From assembly GCA_963716145.1 (NCBI GenBank), contig OY970292.1, forward strand, positions 1,095,404 through 1,142,061: a DNA stretch of 46,658 nucleotides. Reading direction: 5' to 3'. Under the pieces are notes generated by a model. That model ran no database searches, was not told the DNA's origin, and saw only the letters and a list, made by a program, of their open reading frames with translations. The stretch's first letter is position 1, and each line of letters starts with the position of its first letter. Shown piece after piece: positions 14,456 through 22,754 of this stretch. The translations under genes and the position numbers were made by a program. This DNA comes from Candidatus Levyibacteriota bacterium. GTDB taxonomy: Bacteria; Patescibacteriota; Microgenomatia; Levybacterales; UBA12049.

Positions 14456-15006
14456 TAAAAGAAATATATTTTGTATGGTGGTTTTTTGCTCCGGCCGGAA
14501 TAGCCAACATTGCAGCTTTCTTTTCAGGTAAAATTCCCCTCCTTAAATCCTATTCTTACCCAATTGATTTCAACGTCAAAGTTAGAGGTAGAAGAATTTT
14601 TGGATCCAATAAAACAATGCGCGGATTAATTTTTGGAATAATTTCGGCAATAGCCATTGTTTACTTGCAAGTATTTTTATTCAATCAATTTGCTTTCATT
14701 AAAAAAATTATCCCTTTGGATTACAATTCGATAAACCCAATTCTTCTTGGTGGTCTTGCAGGTTTTGGTGCTCTATTTGGTGATGCGCTTAAAAGTTTTT
14801 TTAAACGCCAAATAGGAGTAGAACCGGGAAGGAGTTGGTTTCCTTTTGATCAGATCGATTATATCCTGGGAGGAATATTATTCACCTCATTCTATATAAA
14901 CTTAAGCAGGGGAGAATATGTTACACTGCTTTGGGTTTGGTTTTTACTTCACCCTCTAACTACATTGCTGGGATATGTCTTCAAACTCAAAGACAGCCCG
15001 CTTTAG
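14452..15006 (+). CDS. CDP-archaeol synthase (CarS, DUF46) family CTP-transferase homologue
   Basis: PAGIANIAA...GSNKTMRGLIFG...GDALKSFFKRQIGVEPGRSWFPFDQIDYILG matches the CarS pattern (G-x-KT-x-RG, GD...SF-KR, DQ-D). It overlaps the lipid kinase stop by 4 nt (ATGA). Confidence 0.7.
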   Translation: MIKEIYFVWWFFAPAGIANIAAFFSGKIPLLKSYSYPIDFNVKVRGRRIFGSNKTMRGLIFGIISAIAIVYLQVFLFNQFAFIKKIIPLDYNSINPILLGGLAGFGALFGDALKSFFKRQIGVEPGRSWFPFDQIDYILGGILFTSFYINLSRGEYVTLLWVWFLLHPLTTLLGYVFKLKDSPL

Positions 15007-15035
15007 TATAAAGTATTAAGAAGTAAGTATAAAGT
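15007..15035. repeat. 7-nt-period array, 5' arm flanking the four-helix-bundle gene
   Basis: TATAAAG TATTAAG AAGTAAG TATAAAGT fills the whole gap between TAG (15004-15006) and ATG (15036). Confidence 0.8.
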
Positions 15036-15410
15036 ATGAACGGATCTAAAATAAAATCTTTTACAGATCTCATTACTTGGCAAAAAGCACATGCATTAGT
15101 GCTTATTATATACAAATTTACAAACGCATTCCCTAGAACAGAGACTTATTCATTAATTGATCAAATGAGAAGATCAGCTATTTCAATAACTAGTAATATT
15201 GCGGAGGGATTTTCTAGAAAAAGTAAAAAAGAAAAAATGCAATTTTATTATATGGCCCTTGGATCTACTACAGAGCTTCATAGCCAATTGATATTGTCAA
15301 AAGACTTGGGATATTTAAAGCAAGCAGAATTTTATGGAGTTATAGAAAAAATAGTTGAAGTAAATAAATTAATAAATAGTTTAATTAAGAGTTCTCAAAG
15401 TTATACTTAA
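15036..15410 (+). CDS. Four-helix-bundle protein (23S rRNA intervening-sequence protein / Avd-like family)
   Basis: FTDLITWQKAHALVLIIYKFTNAFPRTETYSLIDQMRRSAISITSNIAEGFSR...ALGSTTELHSQLILSKDLGYL is the typical family signature; 124 aa. Confidence 0.85.
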   Translation: MNGSKIKSFTDLITWQKAHALVLIIYKFTNAFPRTETYSLIDQMRRSAISITSNIAEGFSRKSKKEKMQFYYMALGSTTELHSQLILSKDLGYLKQAEFYGVIEKIVEVNKLINSLIKSSQSYT

Positions 15411-15440
15411 TACATACTACTTTATACTTAATACTTTATC
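15399..15440. repeat. 7-nt-period array, 3' arm flanking the four-helix-bundle gene
   Basis: TACTTAA TACATAC TACTTTA TACTTAA TACTTTA. ACTTTATACTTAATACTTTAT is the reverse complement of the 5' arm apart from a 7-nt gap. Confidence 0.8.
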
Positions 15441-16383
15441 ATTTGTCCGTTGAGTATTTTAGAGGGAAACGTACATTATTTTCATCCGGACTTTTTGGAT
15501 TGTGGGAAATATTTATCATCAGATCAGCAAGAAATCCCGTAAAGAATATTTGAAGGCCTGTAATGAAGAATAATGCGCCAAAGATAAGTAGCGGTCTATC
15601 ACCAATTGACGAACCTAGGAAGTGTAGATAGCTCAGATAAGCTAAAAGTACAAAGCCCACAAATGCAAATAAGCCTCCTATGAATCCAAAGAAATGTAAT
15701 GGTCTTTTGCCAAATTTTATTAAAAAGATTACAGTGAATAAGTCAGGAAGATTTTTCCATACTTTAGAGAAGCCATACTTGGACTTGCCAAATTTTCTTG
15801 CATCATGCTCTACTACTACCTCATCAACAATAAATCCTTGTTGGTACAGGAGTAGAGGAATAAAACGATAGAGGCCTCCATAAATATGCAGACTTTCTAT
15901 TGCTTCTTTAGTGAACAATTTAAAACCGCAATCAATGTCGTGAATTTTTAGACCAAATAAAATCCTGTTAAGATAATTAAAAAACTTTGATATAATTATC
16001 ATTTTGGATTTATCTTTGCGCACACGTCTCCAACCGACAACAACATCAGCTCCTTCTCTATGTTTTTCAATAAGCTTGCGAAGCTCTGAGGGTTTGTCCT
16101 GTAAATCAGCATCCATCGTTATCAGGACTTCACCCGCAGCAACAGAAAACCCCAGAGCTAGAGCATCAGCCTTGCCGCGGTTTCTTTTAAAAGAATACAC
16201 TGAAGTAAGTTTATCTTTTTGCGCGAAAGATTTGAGAATTTCGAGAGAGCGGTCTGTGGAGCCGTCATCAATAAAAACAATTTCTACTTCTTCTTTAAGC
16301 GAAGATAAAACCTTCTTCAACTCGATATGAAACGCTTTAAGGCTATCTTCCTCATTATAAACAGGGACAACAATACTTAACAT
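15439..16383 (-). CDS. GT2 polyprenol-phosphate glycosyltransferase (DPM1/GtrB-like) with C-terminal TM helices
   Basis: MLSIVVPVYNEEDSL...VFIDDGSTDRS...TMDADLQD, plus two C-terminal TM segments. The start is moved to ATG 16383 because the upstream 24 codons belong to a repeated hairpin element. Confidence 0.8.
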   Translation of the reverse strand: MLSIVVPVYNEEDSLKAFHIELKKVLSSLKEEVEIVFIDDGSTDRSLEILKSFAQKDKLTSVYSFKRNRGKADALALGFSVAAGEVLITMDADLQDKPSELRKLIEKHREGADVVVGWRRVRKDKSKMIIISKFFNYLNRILFGLKIHDIDCGFKLFTKEAIESLHIYGGLYRFIPLLLYQQGFIVDEVVVEHDARKFGKSKYGFSKVWKNLPDLFTVIFLIKFGKRPLHFFGFIGGLFAFVGFVLLAYLSYLHFLGSSIGDRPLLIFGALFFITGLQIFFTGFLADLMINISHNPKSPDENNVRFPLKYSTDK

Positions 16384-16455
16384 ACTTCGATATAACTCAG
16401 TATGACCCTGAGGACATTCGGCTGAGCTCAGTCGAAGCCCTAGTCGAAGGGTCAT
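16384..16455 (-). promoter_or_regulatory. Conserved hairpin leader, copy A (shared with galE)
   Basis: The plus strand reads ACTTCGATATAACTCAGTATGACCCTGAG...GTCGAAGGGTCAT. Arms ATGACCCT (16402-16409) and AGGGTCAT (16448-16455). An inner palindrome CTGAGCTCAG is present. The spacing to the start codon equals that of copy B. Confidence 0.6.
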
Positions 16456-16499
16456 GAGGCTATTATACCATTTTTGATTTTGAAAACCTAAAATCTAAT

Positions 16500-16706
16500 T
16501 TATTTCTTTAACAGAAACAAGACTCCAATAAATAGAAAAGCGTAAGCATACCAGACAAGTCTTTCTGCAGTGAAAAAGATCTGAAATTGGAAAAGAGGTA
16601 TTGATAAAAAAAGACAAAGCAAGCCGGCAAATATAAAATACCCTGGGTTTCTCTTAAAAATAAGAAAAATTAAGATTAATACAAAAAATATATCTTGCGG
16701 TTTCAT
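16500..16706 (-). CDS. Small hydrophobic membrane protein (hypothetical)
   Basis: 68 aa with two predicted TM stretches. It fits exactly between neighbouring minus-strand genes. No homology recognised. Confidence 0.35.
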   Translation of the reverse strand: MKPQDIFFVLILIFLIFKRNPGYFIFAGLLCLFLSIPLFQFQIFFTAERLVWYAYAFLFIGVLFLLKK

Positions 16707-16728
16707 GTTTATTTAATAGAATCAGGAA

Positions 16729-18753
16729 TCATGAATTAGGGATTGTTTTTTTAAATTTTAGATAGATTAATCCCGTGAGTATTATAACTAAAGAAGTTAA
16801 ACTTATTATAACACCAATATCGACCCATTTTTGAGGCGTGTAATAAACTTCAAAGCTGTAATTTCCGGTCTTTGGTAAAATAAAACTATTAAACCCTTCG
16901 TAGTTCTTGGTTCTTGGTTCTTGGTTCTTGGTTCCACGAAGACTCCATCCAGGATCATAACCTTCAGCAAATACTAAAGTGCTATTTTTTTGTGCATTTT
17001 TTAAATTAACAATATATTTTGTTGGATTAATATATTTATAGTCTATTTTCATGTTTGGTTGGGGGCTCCAGAAGTGATCTTTGGGATCAGTAACTTCATA
17101 AACCCCGATCCTACCAAATCCATCAATTCTCTTTAGCCAAGGGATAGAATTTATTTCTTTTAATGTTTCTAGATATGATTTTTCATCGTACTTTCTATCC
17201 GTGAGGAAAATTTCCCCCATGCTGTCGTAAGGAACAATTATATATTTAACAGATGCTTCTTGTAGCACCTTTAAGGTTTCCCCTTTTTTTAATATTGCTA
17301 TATCTTCTTTGGGTGAATTTAATTTGAATAAGTCATTTGCAGGAATTGATGGATGATTATTTGAAAAGAAAGCAAACCTTTGTATTTGCGGGATCCAGAT
17401 CGTTCTATAAAACTTTTTATCTGAGGAAATAAATTTTTCTAATTTTATATATTCATTGGGAATTTGTACAGATTTAAATGTTCCCCCGAGTTCGCCAAGT
17501 AGGGCAGGGGAAGTAAGAAGTAAGAAGTAAGAGGTAAGAAGTAAGATGAAAAGATTTTGAAATTTGAAATTTGAAATTTGAAATTTTTGTTGAACCTTCA
17601 ACCAATTATATATTTGGGAAATGCTGTAGGGAATTAGTATTGAATAAGAAATGGCAATCAACGTATACCATTTTGTTGGATCTCTGAACATTAAGAAGCC
17701 TGGAACATGTTCAAACAGCCATAGATATAAGCCGCCAAATGGCTCCTGAGCTCCTTTTGCTAGAAAAGCACCTATCAGGCCCAAGATGGCAAAATACAAT
17801 AAATTGTTTTTGGTTCTCTGGTCTTTGGTTTTAGTAATAAAAAAAAGACTGCTAAATGCTAGAATTGGTAGAGTTAAAAATTCAGGTTTCATGAAATATG
17901 TTTTACCAAAAATATTCTCAGGCCAGTTGGGATGTAAAAGAGAAATTGTATTTTCGAGCTTTGCAAAACTGAAAAATTTTACAGCATCAATTGAGGAGTA
18001 AGCAGAACCCAGTTTTTTAATAGGATTTTGATTAACTAAAACTGTCGGTAAAATCCAAAAGAAGTTAAGAAGTACTAAGGTAGCTAATGGGGTTAGCAGC
18101 GATAAAATATATTTTAATGGCTTTCTAAATTGCTTGGTTATGAAGAAATAAATTATAAGCGCGGTTATCGTAATGTATAAAAACCGGATATCAAAAATAG
18201 CCTCAATACTTAAAGCTAATCCTAAGGATAATAATTTTTTAAATTCTATTTCGTTAGAGTCAAAAATATCAATAAAAATACTTAGTATCAAAGGAGAAAG
18301 AGCATAAGCCATCGCCACTCCTAATATCTGTCCACCTCCTATAACCATCAGGATATATATGTTAAATGTGTAAATAAAAGCCGCCAAGAGAGAAAAATCG
18401 TTTTTCGGCATTATTTTTTTATAAAGTGTGATTGATGAATAAATAGAAATAATTAGCAGTGGGAATAAATAATATATTCTTTCAATAACGCTCCAATGCA
18501 GGCCCAAGAATTCGCCTAAGAAAGTTATGGGAATACCTATGTTAAAAAATATCCATAACAAGGGAGCTGAAAATGCTCCCATACCCATCCCCAAATTCAT
18601 ATCCCATGCATAAAGAGGAAATGAATAGAGGGGATACATTGATTTATAATAAGGCCAGAAATCACCTCCTGTAATAACTCCAGGCAAAAACCACGGACTA
18701 TATACAACATAGATAATGAGTAAAGAAATAAAGTAATAAATTTTTGTTTTCAT
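16729..18753 (-). CDS. Large polytopic membrane protein, GT-C-like glycosyltransferase candidate, with C-terminal extracytoplasmic domain and terminal TM
   Basis: 674 aa. About 12 or more hydrophobic helices are followed by a soluble ~250-aa domain and a final TM. The N-terminal GGDFWPYY loop resembles the acidic first loop of GT-C enzymes. Architecture-based call. Confidence 0.4.
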   Translation of the reverse strand: MKTKIYYFISLLIIYVVYSPWFLPGVITGGDFWPYYKSMYPLYSFPLYAWDMNLGMGMGAFSAPLLWIFFNIGIPITFLGEFLGLHWSVIERIYYLFPLLIISIYSSITLYKKIMPKNDFSLLAAFIYTFNIYILMVIGGGQILGVAMAYALSPLILSIFIDIFDSNEIEFKKLLSLGLALSIEAIFDIRFLYITITALIIYFFITKQFRKPLKYILSLLTPLATLVLLNFFWILPTVLVNQNPIKKLGSAYSSIDAVKFFSFAKLENTISLLHPNWPENIFGKTYFMKPEFLTLPILAFSSLFFITKTKDQRTKNNLLYFAILGLIGAFLAKGAQEPFGGLYLWLFEHVPGFLMFRDPTKWYTLIAISYSILIPYSISQIYNWLKVQQKFQISNFKFQNLFILLLTSYFLLLTSPALLGELGGTFKSVQIPNEYIKLEKFISSDKKFYRTIWIPQIQRFAFFSNNHPSIPANDLFKLNSPKEDIAILKKGETLKVLQEASVKYIIVPYDSMGEIFLTDRKYDEKSYLETLKEINSIPWLKRIDGFGRIGVYEVTDPKDHFWSPQPNMKIDYKYINPTKYIVNLKNAQKNSTLVFAEGYDPGWSLRGTKNQEPRTKNYEGFNSFILPKTGNYSFEVYYTPQKWVDIGVIISLTSLVIILTGLIYLKFKKTIPNS
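16903..16937. repeat. (GTTCTTG)x4 heptad array inside a CDS
   Basis: GTTCTTG x4 then GTTCCAC. On the coding strand it gives ...NQEPRTKNYEGF. Confidence 0.9.
17511..17584. repeat. (AAGTAAG)x5 and (TTGAAAT)x4 heptad arrays inside a CDS
   Basis: 17511-17545: AAGTAAG x5 (one AGGTAAG). 17557-17584: TTGAAAT x4. They encode ...KFQISNFKFQNLFILLLTSYFLLLTS... in the minus-strand ORF. Confidence 0.9.
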
Positions 18754-18776
18754 TAAAATTAAGTATTATGTATATA

Positions 18777-19778
18777 CTATTTATTTTTTAGCTGTGTTTT
18801 TTTAAAAGCTTGATATTTTGTTATTTTTATAAATAAATAAACTTCATGGATAATACCAACAAGCAATAGTAGATAAACCCAGAGAGAGAGCTTGTTTGTT
18901 AAGAATTGGTCTACATGATTAAGTAGTATAGACGAAATTATAAACATAAGTAAGCCTAGAATTAGGGATAAATTTTTACTTTGTTTATAGGTAAAATCAG
19001 ATATTATTAAAAGTCCTAAAATTCCAAATGCTACTCCACTATAAATTTCTTTTAGGAAGATAATATCTAACAATATAAATAAGAATGATATTATGGTTAG
19101 AGTATAAGTATACGGAAGTGCTCTTTTTAAGAGAGTATGCCAAATTATATAAAAGAAAGCTGGTAAAAAATAGATAAGAGAGTTTAAAACAAAATCAATA
19201 TTAGTAAAAGAACTCAATAATTTTTTAAAAATAAATGTTATTAAGGATTTTTTATTCGTGGAAATGCTCGCTTTGGAAAATTGATATCCTGAAGCAAAGT
19301 TGCTACCGCTATTGTCAACTTCTACAAAATTTTTACTATTTCCATTAAGTGAAATTAATTCAAAGTCATAAATTTTTCCTTTGGAATTGGAAATTGGTAA
19401 TATTCCAAATGGGAAAAGTAAATTATTGTATATTATTCCTTCCTTATATTTATTTTCTGTATACCATTTTTTAGAATTTTTTTCTTTTATCCTAAACAAA
19501 AGATTATCTTCATTATAGTAATCAGATTTTATTATTTTTGTAAATTTAATAAAAATTATGCCTAAATTATTGTCCGTTGCTTTAAATTCTCCCGTCAATT
19601 TATTCCCCTTAAATAATTTATGTGATTCTGTAAATTTGAGATTAGAATTATCTTCTCTGACAACTATTACAGAAAAACTGGAATATGGATTGAAAAAGAG
19701 AGAGCATGCCGCACCCAGACCTATGAGAATTATAGATATTGATAGAATAATGATTTTTCTTTTAAGATCTTTTTTCAT
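18777..19778 (-). CDS. Membrane protein (N-terminal anchor, ~170-aa external domain, C-terminal multi-TM block), hypothetical
   Basis: 333-aa intact ORF in an operon-like array. No recognisable motif. Confidence 0.4.
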   Translation of the reverse strand: MKKDLKRKIIILSISIILIGLGAACSLFFNPYSSFSVIVVREDNSNLKFTESHKLFKGNKLTGEFKATDNNLGIIFIKFTKIIKSDYYNEDNLLFRIKEKNSKKWYTENKYKEGIIYNNLLFPFGILPISNSKGKIYDFELISLNGNSKNFVEVDNSGSNFASGYQFSKASISTNKKSLITFIFKKLLSSFTNIDFVLNSLIYFLPAFFYIIWHTLLKRALPYTYTLTIISFLFILLDIIFLKEIYSGVAFGILGLLIISDFTYKQSKNLSLILGLLMFIISSILLNHVDQFLTNKLSLWVYLLLLVGIIHEVYLFIKITKYQAFKKTQLKNK

Positions 19779-22101
19779 AATATTTATAAGTAACTAAATA
19801 AACAAAGGTAAATATGAAGGTTAGTGCAGTTATTAGTGTCCCAATGTAGAAGTATTGCTGGGGTTTAAAGTACAAAATAATCTGAAAGTTGATGCTTCCA
19901 TCTTTATTTTCACTAAATTTGCCCGGGTAGTTGTTCTTTATATATTTTTCATCCAATAGCCAAACATCCCTTTGATTAGTGGAGAATTTATTAGATGTAT
20001 CAAAAATATTTTTTTGGAGAAATAGTCCAAACTCATCTATATTGAGCAATTTATTGTCACTTGGGCACTCAGTGATATTATTATTGAATACATCTCCTTT
20101 ATTGCATAAATCAGTATTCGTATTATTAAAATACATTTTCCAGCCTGCACTATAAGAGTCTCTGAATGTAAGTTTCTTTTGACCTTTAAAATTATGTATT
20201 GATATCTTATACATAACAGGATTTACCTTCTGGTACTTTATATTGTCCATAGATAAAATAGGAAATTTATTTAATACAGAATATAAGACATAATTTCCAT
20301 TGCTGCTTTTGATAATAGCTTTATTTGTGATTGCTTTTATTAAGTTTTGATCTTGGGAGGCAATGCTTTTTTGGTCGAATAAATATGATTGTTTAATTTC
20401 ATTTGGAATATTGTGCGTAACCATAATATAGTTGATATTGAACTCCTCTAGAAGAGAATTAATTTTTTTATAATCTTTATTTTTAATATAGCTATTTAGT
20501 CTTTCTGCGTCCTTTGAGCGAACCAAAGAGATATCTCCAGTTATGTCATTAATACCTGTAAGAATTTTAAGAGGAGATGTGCCAACGAATGCATTACTTG
20601 AATTGTTCTCTGTTATGATTGAATATGCAGCCTTATTAAAAGGAAAACTTAGTATATTTGTTGTAGGTTGAATTTTATATTTGACTTCATTTATAAAATT
20701 GATATATTCATTTGGGAATAGAACAGTTCCATAGATATTTGTTGTTGTCCATATAGGTCTGTTGATTATATTCCTTATAGGAATTGCGTTCATAAAAATA
20801 ATAAGAATTGCTAGAAAATATATGTATAATTTTATCTTGGGGTAGTTTTTGTTTACTATTATTATTGAAAAAGTAATTGAAGATGAGTATAAGATTACGT
20901 AGCCTAAGGCAAACTTGTCATAAAAATTTCTGAATATAAAAAATCCTGGAATATGACCAAGTAACAAAAAAACATCTTTAAGTGGACCAATGTTTACCGT
21001 AAAGAGAAATAATGAAATTACAAATGATATTAAAATTATAAAATATGCTAATGATTCATTTTTTGTTAGAGTCTTTTGCGCTTTAAATATACCTAGTAAA
21101 ATTAGAATAACTAGTATTATATTTAATAGTAATATTTTGTCATAATATAAATATATGTGTTCTAATCCCCAGCCGAAATCAATAGAAATTTGCTTGTGAT
21201 AAAGATTTAATAATGGGTAGAATATATTCCCAGATGCAGTTGATAAAACCGTTTCCCTAAAACTATTCGCTATGCTACCTGAAAAAATACCTTCACCAAC
21301 ATTATTTTTTCCTACATTTAAATATGCGATAAAAAACGAAAGTAAATAAAAGCTTTGGGATAGAAGTAGTGTTACAGCAAATACCATTGCTCTTCGTATG
21401 TAGATTATTCTTTTATCTAATAAAGGAAAGATTATTATTAATCCAATCATTATAGGTAGCACGAAACCAATTAACCACGGAATTGAGAATAATCCGAGTG
21501 AAAAAATTGTGCACCAGATAATATTGCCAAATAAATAAATTGGGTGTGAGGTTTTAAGATATCTTAAGAAATAAAAACATATTATTGGAATTAATCCAAT
21601 TAGCCATACGGAATTATAGAAACTAGAGAATTGACTCACTATTAAAATTGGTGACAATATATAGAATAGTGATCCTAAATATATTTCTGTCGTGTACTTA
21701 TGGCTGTCATGAATGATTTCCGAAAAAACTTTTTGGAAAAAATAAAATCCGAGAATAAGTGGCAGAGAAAATGAAGAGTAATCCAAAATTATTTTTGAGC
21801 CCAATAGGCTATCTAGTATTGACCAAAAAAACGCAAAAGGAAGTAGGAATTGTGCAGGATTGTTTATTGAAACAATCGAAAAATTAAACCAAGAAAAATA
21901 AGTAATATTTCTTAGGAAAAGATTAGGATAGATATAGATAAGTTTTGAGTCGTCACCTCCTGCAAATAATTTACCGCCAAAAATAAAGTAGGGAAGTATT
22001 AACAATGCGATAGTTGTTAAAAGATTAAAAATAAGGTGGATATTTAATTTATCTGTTATTTTTTTAAAAAAAACCATTAAATTAATTCTTCGTTGCAACA
22101 A
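19762..22101 (-). CDS. Large polytopic membrane protein, GT-C-like (AftD/DUF3367-like N-terminus) glycosyltransferase candidate
   Basis: 779 aa. The N-terminal loop AGGDDSKLIYIYPNLFL resembles the GDTKLDL..DP..FL opening of AftD-type proteins. Many TM helices, a C-terminal soluble domain and a terminal TM follow. Alternative start at ATG 22077. Confidence 0.4.
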   Translation of the reverse strand: MLQRRINLMVFFKKITDKLNIHLIFNLLTTIALLILPYFIFGGKLFAGGDDSKLIYIYPNLFLRNITYFSWFNFSIVSINNPAQFLLPFAFFWSILDSLLGSKIILDYSSFSLPLILGFYFFQKVFSEIIHDSHKYTTEIYLGSLFYILSPILIVSQFSSFYNSVWLIGLIPIICFYFLRYLKTSHPIYLFGNIIWCTIFSLGLFSIPWLIGFVLPIMIGLIIIFPLLDKRIIYIRRAMVFAVTLLLSQSFYLLSFFIAYLNVGKNNVGEGIFSGSIANSFRETVLSTASGNIFYPLLNLYHKQISIDFGWGLEHIYLYYDKILLLNIILVILILLGIFKAQKTLTKNESLAYFIILISFVISLFLFTVNIGPLKDVFLLLGHIPGFFIFRNFYDKFALGYVILYSSSITFSIIIVNKNYPKIKLYIYFLAILIIFMNAIPIRNIINRPIWTTTNIYGTVLFPNEYINFINEVKYKIQPTTNILSFPFNKAAYSIITENNSSNAFVGTSPLKILTGINDITGDISLVRSKDAERLNSYIKNKDYKKINSLLEEFNINYIMVTHNIPNEIKQSYLFDQKSIASQDQNLIKAITNKAIIKSSNGNYVLYSVLNKFPILSMDNIKYQKVNPVMYKISIHNFKGQKKLTFRDSYSAGWKMYFNNTNTDLCNKGDVFNNNITECPSDNKLLNIDEFGLFLQKNIFDTSNKFSTNQRDVWLLDEKYIKNNYPGKFSENKDGSINFQIILYFKPQQYFYIGTLITALTFIFTFVYLVTYKYYEKRS

Positions 22102-22750
22102 TCATTATCGACCGACCAAATTTTTTGTAAAATTTTGGAATTATAGAACTATATAATGTTCCAGAGTTGTTAAAATTTAAGATATCTGATTTAGAAGAGA
22201 TAATTTTAAAATTATGATCTTCTAAAAGTTTATGCATTTCTTTAAATATAAAATATCTAATATGTCCTGCTGTTACACCTTCAATTACTCGATGCTCTAC
22301 TATTGGGTTGATGCCAAAGAGCAGAAGTATTCTCCTCGGAAGACTAGCTAAGTTTGGTGTAGTTATTATTAATTTTCCATCTTTTTTTAACATTTTATTA
22401 ATCTTCTCAATAAAAAGATCGGTATCGAATACATGTTCAATAATCTCTCCGGCAATAATTATGTCGAATTTTTTATTTTTAAAAAAATTCTTATTCATAA
22501 AGTCACCTTGTTCAGTAATTACACCTTTTTTTGCTGCTCTTTTTGCAGATGTGTATGAACTTTCTATGCCATAAATTCTATTTGTACTTTTTTTATATCT
22601 TATTGCGTAAGAACCATCCCAACAACCAATGTCTAGAAGGTCTAATCCCTTGTCAGGGATATTATTTAATATGAATTCAAATCTTACTTTATCTACTCCA
22701 TCTACAGGCATTGGTAAAGCATATCTTTGTTCGTTAAATTTATTGTTCAT
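22082..22750 (-). CDS. Class I SAM-dependent methyltransferase
   Basis: Motif I LLDIGCWDGSY and post-I FDIIIAGEIIEHV; 222 aa. Confidence 0.8.
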   Translation of the reverse strand: MNNKFNEQRYALPMPVDGVDKVRFEFILNNIPDKGLDLLDIGCWDGSYAIRYKKSTNRIYGIESSYTSAKRAAKKGVITEQGDFMNKNFFKNKKFDIIIAGEIIEHVFDTDLFIEKINKMLKKDGKLIITTPNLASLPRRILLLFGINPIVEHRVIEGVTAGHIRYFIFKEMHKLLEDHNFKIISSKSDILNFNNSGTLYSSIIPKFYKKFGRSIMIVATKN

Positions 22751-22754
22751 AGTT

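Noticed and set aside
15036-15410. Diversity-generating retroelement, because the four-helix-bundle proteins (also 33092-33493) belong to the Avd family
   Set aside because: There is no reverse transcriptase ORF, no template/variable repeat pair with adenine-specific differences, and no C-type-lectin-like target gene anywhere in the window.
16384-16455. N-terminal extension MTLRLGLRLSSAECPQGHTELYRS of the GT2 gene, as in the ORF track
   Set aside because: These codons are the translated hairpin repeat also found upstream of galE, where it is non-coding. The GT2 family start MLSIVVPVYNEE follows directly.
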